DNA of 63,660 bases, counting the filler, from Choristocarpus tenellus KU-1152 (lineage: Eukaryota > Protista > Phaeophyceae), in NCBI GenBank assembly GCA_964200185.2. It is 7 parts of 7 records of this genome, joined end to end, with 100 filler letters (N's around TTAATTAATTAA, not from the genome) between each part and the next. Parts side by side here need not be neighbours in the genome. Positions count along the whole stretch, not along the records: positions 25,482 to 54,168 come from CAXNAD020000121.1; 6 more parts are not named here. One strand, written 5' to 3'. The notes beneath the pieces were generated by a model that ran no database searches, was not told where the DNA came from, and saw only the letters and a list, made by a program, of their open reading frames with translations. Positions 26,038 through 39,514 of this stretch are shown here, piece by piece. The position numbers were made by a program, and so were the translations under genes. Every line of letters begins with the position of its first letter. Within the stretch, counting starts at the first letter, position 1.

Positions 26038-26793
26038 CCTTGTCCCCCACCTAATCCATCGTCCATCCCCTCCTTCGCCTCTGCCTGCTGATCGAGGATA
26101 CCCTTAAGGGTTTCTGCACGCTTCATGTAACCTTCTACCCGCTTCATGATCGTCTCCTTGGCAGCCTGGAGCATAAGAGAGTCATTTTTCGAGACGGAAA
26201 TCGGTCAAAGAGAAATGTAAGAATATGGGACCTGAGTAGTGGGAAGCGGGACAGGGGATCAAATCAAGTCGTCAAGCATATCATCAGAGGATTGGGGCAA
26301 CTATGTAGTGTTCTGTTCACTTCAGCTCAGTAATGGAAGGAAGAAAACTACATCGATCTTGGGAAACCTAACATTCCCCAGGACAGGCACCACTTTCTGC
26401 ACGTAAGAGGTGAATGTGAAGTAGCAGACACACAAGGAAAAGGAACACTAAAAGAAGGAAAACACGACATGCATCAATAGATGATTGTCCCTTTCTTCGA
26501 ACCCCATACAATTATTGTCTGTACTTGTACAGGTTTAGGAGAGGCTTCATTCACTCACACAGCAAACACTCCGTTCCCGCCATGCGTTCCCCGTTTGTTT
26601 TGCACCTCTCTAGAACTGGGCCGTGGGCCCAACCCTTTGCACTTACCGGGTTGGACTCATACTTGAGACCGGTCATGAAGTACTCCAGGGACTTCTTGTA
26701 TAGTCCAAGCGCAACATCATACTGCTGGTTATTGTCAGCATTGATGGCATCCTTAACCGTGTCGATTGCCCTGGGGATGAATGAATTGTCCAT
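26038..26793 (-). CDS. VPS4: Vacuolar protein sorting AAA-ATPase VPS4, first two exons (MIT domain), 3' partial
   Basis: Exons 26793-26647 and 26165-26038 (GT-AG): MDNSFIPRAIDTVKDAINADNNQQYDVALGLYKKSLEYFMTGLKYESNP|AAKETIMKRVEGYMKRAETLK. Confidence 0.9.
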
Positions 26794-27563
26794 AGCGGAC
26801 ACTCGATCGACACCAGATCTACAAGACTACTGTCCACAATGGGGTTGGTTGTGCCTCTTCCACCAAGCAAACACAAGTTTGACTGGTCCCTATCCAACAG
26901 ATTTCACTACCACGTTAATGAAAATTCGCAGAACGCGGTGGAAATTTGAAAGTCCGATGACCCACAAAGCGTCTCAACACGCGTGAAGGGGAAACAAGGA
27001 ACGGTGGATTCACTGTACGTGGTTAATGGGCTAGTTACTGCCAGGTTGGCACCAGGTAAATAGGGCTTCGAACTTCAAGTCCCACTCTCGGACTGGAACT
27101 CCCGAATGTCTCGTCTCCTCTTTCTTCCAACCCACTTTCTACAAACTGTTATTTGCGTTGGCGTTTACAATTTTACATGATCTACTGTGAAACGGTAAAG
27201 AATCAAGTTAGATTATGTTGAATCCTTGATCACTGGGAAGTGGAAACTGTTATCCTTGACTTCTTGCTCGTTGCATCTTCCCGGTGCCAGGCACCATCCC
27301 TCACCGCACCATGGCGACACTGCTCGGCTCCGTGGAAGGTCAGCTAGGGGGGGGATTCGGAGAAGGGTAGGGACAACCCGTGCCCACTCTTTGGCACATT
27401 GCCATGAGTGTGCCATGTTGAAGACGTCGCTGTGTTCCGTCCGCTGTTAATCAAGGATTGAGTCGCTCCTTCCACCTTCTACCCCCACGCTCATGCTGCC
27501 GCAAACCGTTCAGCGCCGCTTTGGGTATGGGGGTCTGTATGGGGATCCCGATGTCGCTTCCGC

Positions 27564-30500
27564 ATGGAGATTCTGGACGTGGCCATTTTCGACAAACCTC
27601 TGGAAGGAACACCCCCAGCCATTGCTCGCTGGCTATTCACAGCAAAGAATGGAATGGTGATGAAGAAATGCAAGGCCAATACCAGTGTTGCGGCTCTCAA
27701 GCAAGTACTTCTCAGTAAGGCACTGAAATGGGGAGAAGAGAATGCTGAACGGGCAGCATTCGCCACAGCTGTGCTGGACACTGGAGAATGTGTACCAATC
27801 GACGAGGATTCTTGGAGGTCATTACTGCTAAATAGGGATACAAAGGGTGACAGAGGTGTAGGCACAGGCCCCACTATCGTAGCAGTTGTTGCCTCCATAG
27901 CGGATCAGGGTAGTGAGCAACACCGTGGCACTACACAACAGCTGTTCCAGGCGAGGTACCGATTAGCCTTGGGCAATAAGACAAAAACAAAGGATGTAAT
28001 GCCCAAGGAAGCAAGCATCCCAGTACCCCAGACTGTGACTAGTACGCACCGCCTAGTATCCCCCAGTCTGCTGCGGGACGACAAACACAGATACTCTGAG
28101 ACTACAGGATTTGGATATGAGGGGCTGCTGGTGTCTCGTTCAAACATCACAAATAGTGCAGTGGAATCTAGCCTCAGCCGCCTAGTACGGAGGGTGGAAG
28201 AGGTGAGAGGTGTCCGAATACTACGTTTAACAGCCATATTTGCATTGCTGCCATCAACCTCAACAACCAGACCTAAGGTGTGGCTTCAACGGGCTGTGGA
28301 GGTGCAATTTGTGGCCAAGACTGCCAGCACACATGGTTCAATCCTTCAGCCGCCATCTCTCCCCCATCAGTTGTCTCCTCCTGCTGACCAACCGGCGATC
28401 AGGCTAGGTAACAATGAGGAAAAGGAGAAGGAGAGGGTGGGGGGTCCGTACCCACAGGTAATGGTGATTGGAATTCCTGTTGGGCAATATATCCCCACAG
28501 ATGGATGTTGGGAGGGAGAGAGCATTTCAACAAATGCCTCTCCAACAGAGCAAATATCTCTTCCTACGGTCAACCTGACACACAATGCCGACACGACAAC
28601 CACTGCTAGTCATAATATGGTACACAACAGAAAACCCAAGATGGCATTGGCAGCAGCAATCCAGGAAGACTCCAACTGTAACAGTTGTGAATACCAACAA
28701 AATATTTCCTCCCAGAGTGACACCCCACTGAGGACGGGAGCAAGTGCGGTACATCTCGAACACTTGGAATGTTTAGAAGCAGCACCTTCAGCTGCAGGAA
28801 CAACCACTGCTGGAACATCTTGTGCAACAGGAACGCGCATTGGCAACAAGATATGCTTGGGGGATTTCTGCCTCTTTGTTGAGCGCATGTTGGAGGGTGA
28901 AGTATCAAAGATGGTCAAAGGAGGGAGAGATAAAGATGATGCCCAGGAAATGGAGGTAGAAGCTGAGGGATTGAACTGGACGGATGTGAGGTTGTCAGAT
29001 AGAGGAAACCTCCTTGACGTGGGTAATAGTAGAAACAGTACCACAGAGATTGGTATATTGGATGGGAAATCTTCAATTTCATTTAAATCTGTGGCATTGG
29101 CTCGTGATGAGGCCATGCAAGGACGCAACTTCTTCTGGGGGAAAACTCTGCAAAAGTGGTGGTGTGAAGGACGAGGTGGGGCAGGTCACTGTCCAGACCT
29201 TGCTGCACTGGAGATTGGTCCAGCTGCATTCTATAGAGAGGTGAGGACACCAGTTGTTGGCAAACGCTGCAGAATATAAATTCGTGAAAAGGCAAGAGCA
29301 GACTAGTCCATTAAAGTGCTATCCAACACCCAGGTTTTGAAACACTATGTAAGGTGGAAAAAAGAGGTCGGAGTGCTTTTGAACATGACGAGCAGTCAAC
29401 GCCCTAACTTGCATCTGACTCTTCCTTCCTGTCCAGAGACACTTTTATCTAAGTTTCATTGCAGTCATCACACAAACATTGCACTCCGTGCCAATGCAGG
29501 TCAGTGTGTGCCATGTATGCTACAGTGTGTATCGAAAGATTGACAAACTGAGAGGGGCAACTGGAAATCTAGGCCACCTTGCTCTAGGTAAGAAGAGTGG
29601 GGAAGTCAACCACTTTGCATGTAAGATGAGCCCTCTAGGCCATCGAGATAATAAACAAACCTCTACAGGCGGAGCAACTATCGTAGTTCCAAGCATCACT
29701 GATGAAGTGACAGCCCTACTTCACAGTATGGACACCAGGGCGGGGAGGAAGTTCAAGGACTTTGGAACTTCGATAACCTTGAAGAAAAAGCTCAGGTAGG
29801 GATCCCTATAGCCTTCAGGGACATAGTACATATTGGTAGGATCAGATTGAATTACAGTTGGACCTCACAGCAGCAAGTTGATTTTTTCCACTGTTCAAAG
29901 CAAGAAAATCACTGATTGTGTGACTTCCAGGAACTGTATATAGATAGATAGATATACTCCGGAGTACGAAGTATCTGCCAGCAGTTGACAAATTGGACAT
30001 TAAAGTTTGATAGGAGTGAAAAAAATATATCCAAGCACCATTTTCAGGAAGACTGGGGGGGAAAGAATAGGTACGCCAAGACTTGGAGTCATACTCCAGA
30101 GTAGTCCAGAGTAGCCACCTCCTCATACAAGCACCCATTGAGTAACTAGACCCACTAAAAAATCATCATACCTTCCTCTGTCTACAACGTTTTTGCCACT
30201 TGAAACACGAAATAACCACATATACGATAGATGAACCAGGGCAGTTATCACAAAATCCTTGCACACTACTCTCCTATTCATTACCCCTCACACACCCTTT
30301 ATGCACTTGCAATCTCAAGCAAGAGCAACAATGCTGCTGGAGCCTCAAAGGCACAGGAACAAGTGCTGCTATTGGAGAGACTCTCCCGTCCCAGGTATGA
30401 TCCTGATAAAGCAAAACCTGAAGCAGAACCAGTACTGAAGAGGAGGGTCAAGAGCCAGGGTGACCTTCCCAGCAATCGGCAGTCCTGCAAACGTTTCCAG

Positions 30501-33500
30501 CAGGATCATAGTCAACGGCTGGACAGGAAGAAAGGATGTGTGTCTACCAACATCTGGACCTCTGATGAGGGCAGTAGCAGGGATATGAACAGGGCTAGGG
30601 TCGGGAATCAACATGGAAGGGGCGGTAGGCAGTTCTGGAAAATTACTGCAGCAGGTGCGAGCCGATCAATCAGAACCCCAATGGCATGGCAGGAAAAACC
30701 TTTACCAAGCAATCAGAATATCACTACAGCATCGTCACCTGAGCAGGAAGAAACACAAAAGCCATTTGAAAGAGGTGTTGAAGCCAAGAGCCCAGGCAAC
30801 CTGCAATCTGGGAGTCGCTTTTGGCTGGATCAATGGCTGGGACACCAACACGATCAGCAGATCAAAGGACAGAAGTCACAGGCAAAGTTCTGCCCAGCAC
30901 CTGACCCAACAAATAACAAGGACTGTGAAGGAAGAAGTTTCAAGTGTAGGCATGGAAAGGGAAAGACTAGCGTCAAAGCCATCGAGATATTGCTGGAAGG
31001 CGGGGGGGAAAGCTATCTTCCAGCCAATGCACGGGATCTTCCTGAAGCTTCAGCAATATTTGGACCAATGAATTCCTCTTTACCACCAAAGTTGCTTCGA
31101 AGAAGGCCTGGGCGAGGTGTGAAACAAACACATTCTTCGAGGAATTTGGCAATCAGGGAGAACTGCACAGATGGGAGTAAGGAACGAGAGCTTGAGCAGG
31201 GTGCCAAAAACAATGGAAGCTCTGGAAAGGGTGCTGATGCTGACCTCAAAGGGGGAAGGCAAGGAAATGCAACTGATAGATTTCTGCACCCATGGCAAAG
31301 GGCACTGGGAGCAAAGAGGCGTGAGAAAAGGCGTGCTATACGAGAAGAGATTAAACAAGCAAACTATAGTGAGCATTTCTGTAGACTTGAGGGCATGGAG
31401 CCACAAAGGAGGGTCCTGCGAAGGGCAAGGGTAGAGGTAGGGGCAGGGCCAGAGGATCATGGTTTCTCTCGGAATAAGAGGCAGTGGAGACTCCGCAGCA
31501 GGAGGAAGCGCAGCCAACTACCAGGCAATGAAACTGGTAAGTTTTCTCCTACCCAAAAAGTAGTGAAGGAGGACACACATGCCTGCACAACCACTCTAGG
31601 TGAAGGCGGCAATATAAACAAGGATGAACGGCCCAGGTCCCAAGATCCCTTGATGCAGATGCATTCCTCATTTAGTTTGGCCAAAACAACATTGACAAGG
31701 GTTACTGATCGACTGGAGGATGAGGGTCTCACCAAAGGGAATGCAGATGTTGAGGGTTTGGCTGTAGAGCTTCAACAATGCTTGAGCAGTTTTCAGGATG
31801 CAATCAACACTGCCACCTCTGCTGCTTCTTCCTCTAGTGGTGCAAGAAACGAGGAGGGGGGAGGGCCCAGCACCAATAGGAGGATATCTGAGCTTGAGGT
31901 CCGATGTGAATCTTCCTGTTCAATGTTTGAGGAAGCGTTTGTTGACCTTCTTCAACGCTTATCTGTCAAGGCACGAGCAGTCCCCAACAAAAAAATCCAG
32001 AGAGTAGACAAAAAAGCTAGTCGGTCAGGAAGTAGTGTGAAGTTCAAAGAGGAGATCGACTCAGTTGAAACATCCTGGTTGTGGCAAGATGATTCCTCTG
32101 CTACCCACAATGAGCACACAGGAGGAGATCATATCCTCAAGTCAGACAACCACTCATCTGACATACACTTTGGCGGCTCACAGAGTAAAAACAAGTTTCA
32201 TCAAGTTGGCAGCAGCATTGGAGAGACCTTCGTGCCTGGTATCTGCCCTCAGTGTGGTATTCTCCCTGTGGCTCGGCGTTGCCTAGACTGCCATGGGAAT
32301 GAGGAAGGGACTGGAGTAGAAAAAGTAGATGGATGTGAGGGTGGAAGCTGGAGAGGGGAATGCAAGGATAGTTGCTCAGCTTGCTTTGTGCGCTACCATC
32401 ACAAGTGGGAGAAGCAAGGTCACCGTTTCCTTCATGTGGTAATGCCTGCTCCAGGTGAGAGTAGTAGAGTTCAACACAGGAGTACTGGTGCAAATGGCAC
32501 CAATATATCAGGAGGTAGGGGAGGCAACATTTCACAGAAGGCCGTTCCAGGAGTTTCGGGGTGTGCCAAGGATGAGAAAGGTGACAACAGGGGATCAGGG
32601 TTTGAGCAATGCTCTTCATGTGGCGACCTGGCTGCAGCCCGCCGATGCCGCGAATGCAAGACTAGCACTTGCACCTGTTGTCATTTCCTTGCACACAAAG
32701 TGCCTGGCATGCAAGGCCACACGGTTGAGTTCTTGGGTGAGTCTGCTGTTGCAGCGCAGGAGGCGTTGCACAAGGTGCAGGTTCAAGCTAAGGAAAGATG
32801 TGGGAAGAGAGATACCTGGAAGATGGAGATTGGCAATGTATCACCAACAATGAGTACGTGTTCCACTGGGGTCACAAAGGCCTGGGAAGCAGAAAGACGA
32901 CTGGATGAGATTGACGAAAAGAAGGAGGCTGCTCAGCTCCTGGGTGCTGTCCGAGCAACATTGCAACCGCTTTCCGTGTCACCTTTGCCCAGATCAGAGG
33001 CACTAAAACCTATTTCAGACGTACTGCTTGATGAAGCGGTGTCGGCCAACAAACTTGAGCAATCAACAACAGAAACCTCACACGCATTAGTGAAGAATGC
33101 CTTCATTGAGCTTCCATCAAGAGGAATTGAAAATTTGCCATGGTTTGGTGGAGGGGGATCCAATGATGGCCATAGTAATGAATTTTCGTGGCACACACGT
33201 AAGGGGGAGGATAATGTTTCCAATCACGATTGTCACTCTCTGAACCTTGACGACTCTATGGGGAAGGAGGATCAGCGGGAGGATGAGGGACAAGAAAGGC
33301 ATTACACAAATAGCAGCAAGGACTCAGACGAAGAGGGGATGGTGAGTAGATGACAACGTTCCAGGACATATGTCATCAGTGTTGTTGATTTGTCATTTCT
33401 CTCTGTGAGACCCATCAAAGAAGAAACAAGTGCTGCTTCATGTGTTGGGATTCCAGTGGAAATCACTCACTAGATTAGTTTGCGATGATCAGCAGAAGTA

Positions 33501-35475
33501 TGATCTGCAGCATACTCCAGAGTAAATGGTGAAGAACTGCACCAACACAGGATTAAGAATTGAACTGAAACATATCTGGACCACTCTCCTAAGTACACAC
33601 AAAGCTTTACTGTGGAGCACAAGACAATCACCAGTGTTGAATTTCTCAACCAATCCATAGATTTCATACCTTGGTATTGTGGCAACAGTATATTCCTTGC
33701 CATTACAACCTACCAAGCATTTGGTATCCCTATAGCATGGACAATTATATTGTGTTGTAACCCTTAACAAAATTGGCATGTCCCACGGAGGGCTCAAGTA
33801 TATTATGTACTACGTAGTACTATGTGTAGCGATTTATGAGTCTCGCTGTTGTCCATCTCTACCGGCTTGCTCTGTGGTGTGTGCCCCACCCACACCCAAG
33901 AAGATTGCAAAAAAAAAAAACACCCTGTCATTTCTTCCAGTAAAACAATATGTAGCAGATCAATAATTGATCATTCAACATAGGTCTACACTAATGTTGA
34001 GAGTTATTGGTGACAAACACAATAGCCCACCCAAATACACACATCCCTATTCTGAGGTTGGAAGAATAATGTACCCTGCTCAAGGTAAATCCATGTACCA
34101 TCAGCTGCTTGCTAGATCACCCGACCCATGTCACCCAACGCGATAACTGTTAGACGATGTTTGATCAAATCATGCTACTGATGAGAGTATCAGAAATTGG
34201 AAGCACACCAAACTGGACATTCATCACCCCTCTCCCAACCTCTCAACGTAAGTTCCAGCAAGTAATCCTGTATTGCACTGATTTACTGAGGTCTTCTCCC
34301 CCACCTTTCCCCACATCAACATACTGAAGATGTGGAGCCCATTAAACATTCCAACTGTTGATCTGGATGCTTCATCAGTGAGTGAAGATGAGGTTACGAC
34401 AGGGGTTTTTTCGAGCCCCAAGGATACCTTGCTCTCAAACCCCCCACTTGAGGCTCTTTGTGAGTCTACCTTCCCGGCGAATGAAACTTTCGCCTCCAGT
34501 GGTGTAGAAGAAACCTCTCTGGCATCAGTGTCCAGCGAGGTTCTGCCCAACCCACAGGATTCCACTCAAGAAGAAGTAGTGACAGGGAGTGTGCAGGTAG
34601 TGGAGCAAGACCAACTGATCTCCAGCAGCATCTCCAACAGATTGTGTGAGCAGAGCACAAACCTAAGCAATCATGGCAATAATGGCAACAATGCACACTC
34701 CATAGTCAACGCTGGAAGATTGGATTACATTGGGAGCACAAGCAACGAAAGAAGCACTGATGATGGCAACGGGGGGATTCAGGAGGGGGATGACCCCAGA
34801 CTACTCCGCCAGCAACACGAGCTCCACCTCAAGGACCTTAAACACAGTTTCCAAACCAGCCGAATGCGCACCTTGGCATCACTGAGGGTACGCCTTGCCC
34901 AACGCAGGGCGACCAGTGCCCCTCTCCTGCTCCCTCCTCCCCTCACCTCCTTCCCCTCAGGAGTCCCTCACCCACTCTTGACATCTACACGACAAAGCAG
35001 CAAGGAGCAACCTTTGTCTCTCTCCCAGGCACAATCAGGCCAAGTAAGAAGAGAATTGACAAGGGGTTCGGTCTTGACAAACAGGGGTGGTCCGTCTTCT
35101 ACACAATCAGTTTCCCTTGGGACAGAAAGTGCCGCACACCTCCATGGGCAGGAACTAGCACAGTGGATAACTTCAAAGCGTGCCTCAGTGGTTAAGGCAT
35201 TCGAGGTTTGTACTACATCAACAGATATTTCACTGCTGCCAGAAGAAGTGCAGGGAAAGTTAGACCATTTTATTGCTGGGACTGAGGTGGCGGCCAGGGG
35301 CAATGCTAAAATTGGTAGGAAAGTAGAGGGGAAGCAAGCACAGGGCCTGGTGACCAAGACAGGAGAGATTTTACACACTAATGTAGAGGGTGATATGAGT
35401 GATGTGAAGGGTATAGGTGCTTCAGTCCCAGAAGAAGAAATGGGTAGGTTGACAATAACTCCAAGAAAAGATTGA
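27564..35475 (+). CDS. Large (~2,000 aa) protein with two B-box-type zinc fingers
   Basis: Phase-consistent exons 27564-29240, 29500-29795, 30395 (or 30320)-33341 and probably 34330-35475; B-box-like CPQC..C..C...CSAC...H and CSSC..CREC..CTCC...H...H; FYREVSVCHVCY spans the exon 1/2 junction. Confidence 0.75.
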
Positions 35476-38020
35476 ACCATTGCATCATGAAAATAAACAA
35501 CAGAGTAGGGAGAGATTAATAAACCTAAGACAAGCTCAAGCTCAAGGCACACATGAAAGGATATGATCAATCATTTCAGCAGAAGAAAAAAAATATTGAT
35601 ATCAAATATCTATGAATGGCATTGGACAAAGAAGTAGTCGACTTGCTCGGAGTTGTGAAACTGCCAGTAGTAGCACTACAATCCATTGCCAGGGGTGATA
35701 CCTCTATTGCTCCAGAGGAGAATTGGCACAAAATGAGGAAAATATCCCCTTGCCGCTCTGTAAATATCAGAACCAAAGTCAACAACAGAGCAGAATCTTG
35801 CGGTTTAGTCGTCAAACTCTTGAGATACCCAGTGACTCAACTAGGCCGATCCTATCCTTTGGACCAGACTGTAGAGAGTGGTCAAGGCAGGGTTGTGGGA
35901 AGAGGGTAAAGAAGGGACCCTGCTCTTGAGCCGATGTCCTCATTTTTCTGTCCCTCACTGCACAACTCAGAAGAAGGGAACAACTGGAATGACAACATCG
36001 GAGGTGGGGTCTTGGGCACAAGAAATGAGACCACGTGCACAGCCGATGCAAGCATGATCTTTTGAGACTCCACTCAAGCATTGGGGTGTTGTGCCTAGCC
36101 AACTTCAACCAACACTAATACACGGGATTGTAGTGTAAGTATCGAACTGCCATTGCACAGAACAAAATCAAAGAGTAGTATCTGCATACACACATAAGGG
36201 TGACAGATAGGTTTGCTTAAGGGCACTTCATCGAACAAAAGGATGATTTCTTTCATATTTCCTTCACACTAATGAGATGCATAAGATACAGTTAAATTAG
36301 CCTAAGTACCGGTATACCCCTAGCACTAGCAATAGGAGTGGCTTTAATTAAGGTGAGACTTAAGGGCATCGATAGATCCCTAGTGCACCAACAGGTCTAG
36401 CACAACAAGGTAACCCTGTGAGAGACAGAAAAATTGGTGAAAAGAAAAACTGTACAATAACCAACCAGCGGTTTATCGGCCAACAAGGCAACAAAATGTT
36501 CAGAAGTACTCTGAGCACATTGGCAAGAAGTCAGGTAGTTACATGGGAATGGTGTTCATGGATATTCAATTGATATCACCTTTGGGGTTCAAAACATTGG
36601 TGATTTCATGTCCTCCATCATCAGCGCCATCTACAAGGCAGCGCCAATTAAGCTGCCTTACAAAAACTCCTCAAATGCAAAGGGGGCTATCTAATGCAAA
36701 CAGTGGCCAACAAGTAGTATTAATAGATGACCCCAAAGAAAGAACAACACTTGTTGGAACACCTCCACTGCAGCAATCAAACAACTCTGGCCATCACAAC
36801 TAATGCAGGATATGATGACTCCACACAGTTGCCACCATTCTATACACCAAGTGTACTCAGAATATTTCACCAATCATCCCCATCGCTATAATGGCAATGA
36901 AACTTTTCATTGGGGGTTTCAAGATCGAAAGCAAAATTGGTTTACTTGTACTGGAACACAGGGACATCTACAAGAACACATGTGCATGACCCATGTACAT
37001 CAAGGCTAAACACATTTGAAAATTAACCCAACCTCTTCCACAAGTCCACGGATTATTTTCCAACATATTATCCCATGAAATGAAAGGCAAAAATATTGAA
37101 ATACAAGTCCTGATACAAAGCGATTTGCGTTGTTTCCCCCACACATTGCTCCAGTCTTGGAATGTAAACACCTTTCCATCCCCCCATGGTCAAAATTTAT
37201 TCCTATACTTCACTGAGTGTAATGATATACAGTAAAAGTGTTGGTACTTGATAATTGCCACCTTGGGAGTTACACCTCCAGAGTACAATACATCATCTAG
37301 TAGTTCATTGGGTTGTATAAAGAACAATGCCAACAAATGGGGTCCCTGAGACGTTCAAAAAAGGCAACATTCAGTCACCAGGAGGATTTCAAGGAGCTAA
37401 ATGACACTGGAGAACAGTGAGGACTCCAGACAGTACACAACACAGCTGACAGGACAACTAAGAAAGATTAGAACTTACTAACATAAGAATACCTAGCTTT
37501 TGAGTGCACCAGGACTGAATTTTCTCAGGAAGGATTGTATTGGCAACTGTAACTGCCTGTGTTGTAGATCACTCTAGTCTTCATCCCTCCAGGTCCTCCA
37601 CAAGAGCACTGATCTCCTCCATTTTTTCCTTTAATGCCTGTCGCATCCCACCACCCGTCAGTATAGTCGGAGCAAACAGCAGCACCAACCACATAAAATT
37701 TCAGCAATAGGCGTAAAGGAGCACAAGAACATTTCCCAGTGCTGCAAAAATTAAGCCTTTCCATTCTTAGCACTACAACATATCGCATAAATGAGGTCAC
37801 TAGCCATCCAAGGAGCTGAGTTCGTGTATAAAGTGTGTGTGTTCTAGTGGACAGTATTCAAACAACATAAACAAATCTCAACATTAAAAGGGTGGACTGC
37901 TTACTAGAAAGAATGAGACAAAACCCTGGGCAACAGAAGTTTTACATAATGCATTGTCTCGTATTTATCCATGCCTTCCCTACTCATACCAAACCTCATC
38001 ATATCCTCATCAAAGCTCAC

Positions 38021-39174
38021 CTCCCACTGTGCAGCCTGCAATGATATCCCCTTTTTTCCTGGCTTCAGCTCCCCAGAGGCCCTATCCTCATAGAACTCAC
38101 GTATGTCTACCAGGGTCATGTTTTTGAACTGGCGGACGCTGACGAACTTCTTGCCGCCAAGCTGAAAGCGAACATGGGAAGAGGTGAGGATGATGTTCAC
38201 TTGGTCTGGCAAAAATAGTCGAACAAATTTCTTACCACAGTATCAACGACTCTCCAAGGGTTAGACCATGCAAGGATAGATCATAAAAAGGATACGGTAA
38301 CGTGGCTTTCCTCAATATGCGGGTAGTGGGAGAATGTGCAGAGAACGTACCGCAGCACTGTGTCTGCATCGCGAAAAAATTACTCCGAAAAAACATCGTA
38401 CACTAGCAGTGGTGAGAGAGGTGAGGTTGTGACTGAACGCCCTGGTCTTGTTTTCGAGATCATCCTCCCGAGAACTCATCCAGTTTTAAATTTTTCGATT
38501 ATGTTAACCACTCAGGTAGCTATCGTGTCCTAGGGGGGAAATTCCTCGATATTACTTCCCTCGGCATGCACACCACAATGACGATGCGCCCAAAAGACAG
38601 GGCGGTGGGGGAGACTGCGGAGTTTAGATCCGTGGCGACCAGGTATCCCAAGGGAGTGGTAAATCAAGGAGAAAGCCATCACCGTAACTCAAACGCCTAA
38701 TCTAGAACACAGGTTCAGCCATGATGTTGATTCCTTACATGTAGAGTAACGTGCAGAGAGAAACCAGGTTAGTTTCAAGCACCCATCTTCTCGACCTTCA
38801 CCTCTATCTTTTCGTCCTCCTCCTCGCTTATCGCTGCTTTCTTGGACACTTTGGCCGGATTCTTGGCGACCTTCTTAGATATCTTTTTTGGGGACTTCGA
38901 CTTGATCTTGGCCTTGGCTTTGACATCCTCCTCCTCGTCGTCGTCATCGTCTTCGTCCTCGTCCTCATCACCATCTTTCACATCTTTTTCTTTCCATTCT
39001 TCCTCCTCAGCCTCGTCGCTCTCCTCCTGCACGACACATTTCGAGTGAAAATCAGAGTGGGGTCAAAGAAATCCCCACTACTATTATCTTTTGGTAAAGA
39101 ATCCAAGCCCTACACTGGGTCCCTAAGATCCTTAAGCCACCAAAGCATACCTCTTCCGTCTTGCGCTTTGGCAT
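38021..39174 (-). CDS. SUB1: Transcriptional coactivator PC4/Sub1 (ssDNA-binding), partly resolved
   Basis: Exon 39174-39151 (MPKRKTEE), acidic/Lys-rich exon from 39026 (donor uncertain, ~38780), exon 38161-38021 LGGKKFVSVRQFKNMTLVDIREFY...KPGKKGISL...QWE; last exon not located. Confidence 0.88.
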
Positions 39175-39514
39175 TGCTGAGTTTAATGGACTACTGGGCC
39201 TTCAGAAACTCGCTCTGGCTGTCAAATTGCGTTGCCCTCTTTGTTTTGATGGTGGATTGTGTGACCTGTACACCGTATATTTTATTACTACTGTTTGTTG
39301 GAGCATTCACGCCTTCAAGGTCAGTTTTCAGTTTTCTCGATCGATTCCTGGATGGTTTGGTTTTCTCGATCATCTCACTCTAGTTGGACTTTTTTCGACG
39401 TTGAGGTTGTTATCTGTTTCTGTGCGTTGAGGGATCTCTGGTTCAACGGGCAGAGAAGATCAAGAGATGTCGATGCTTGGGGACCAACAACGATTTGGAA
39501 TGCACGGGGATGTG
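39175..39514. promoter_or_regulatory. Probable bidirectional promoter between PC4 and TPR-Aha1
   Basis: Only 340 bp between two divergent start codons. Confidence 0.5.

Noticed and set aside
38751-39383. 210-aa hydrophobic ORF on the + strand
   Set aside because: Antisense shadow of the acidic/Lys-rich PC4 exon
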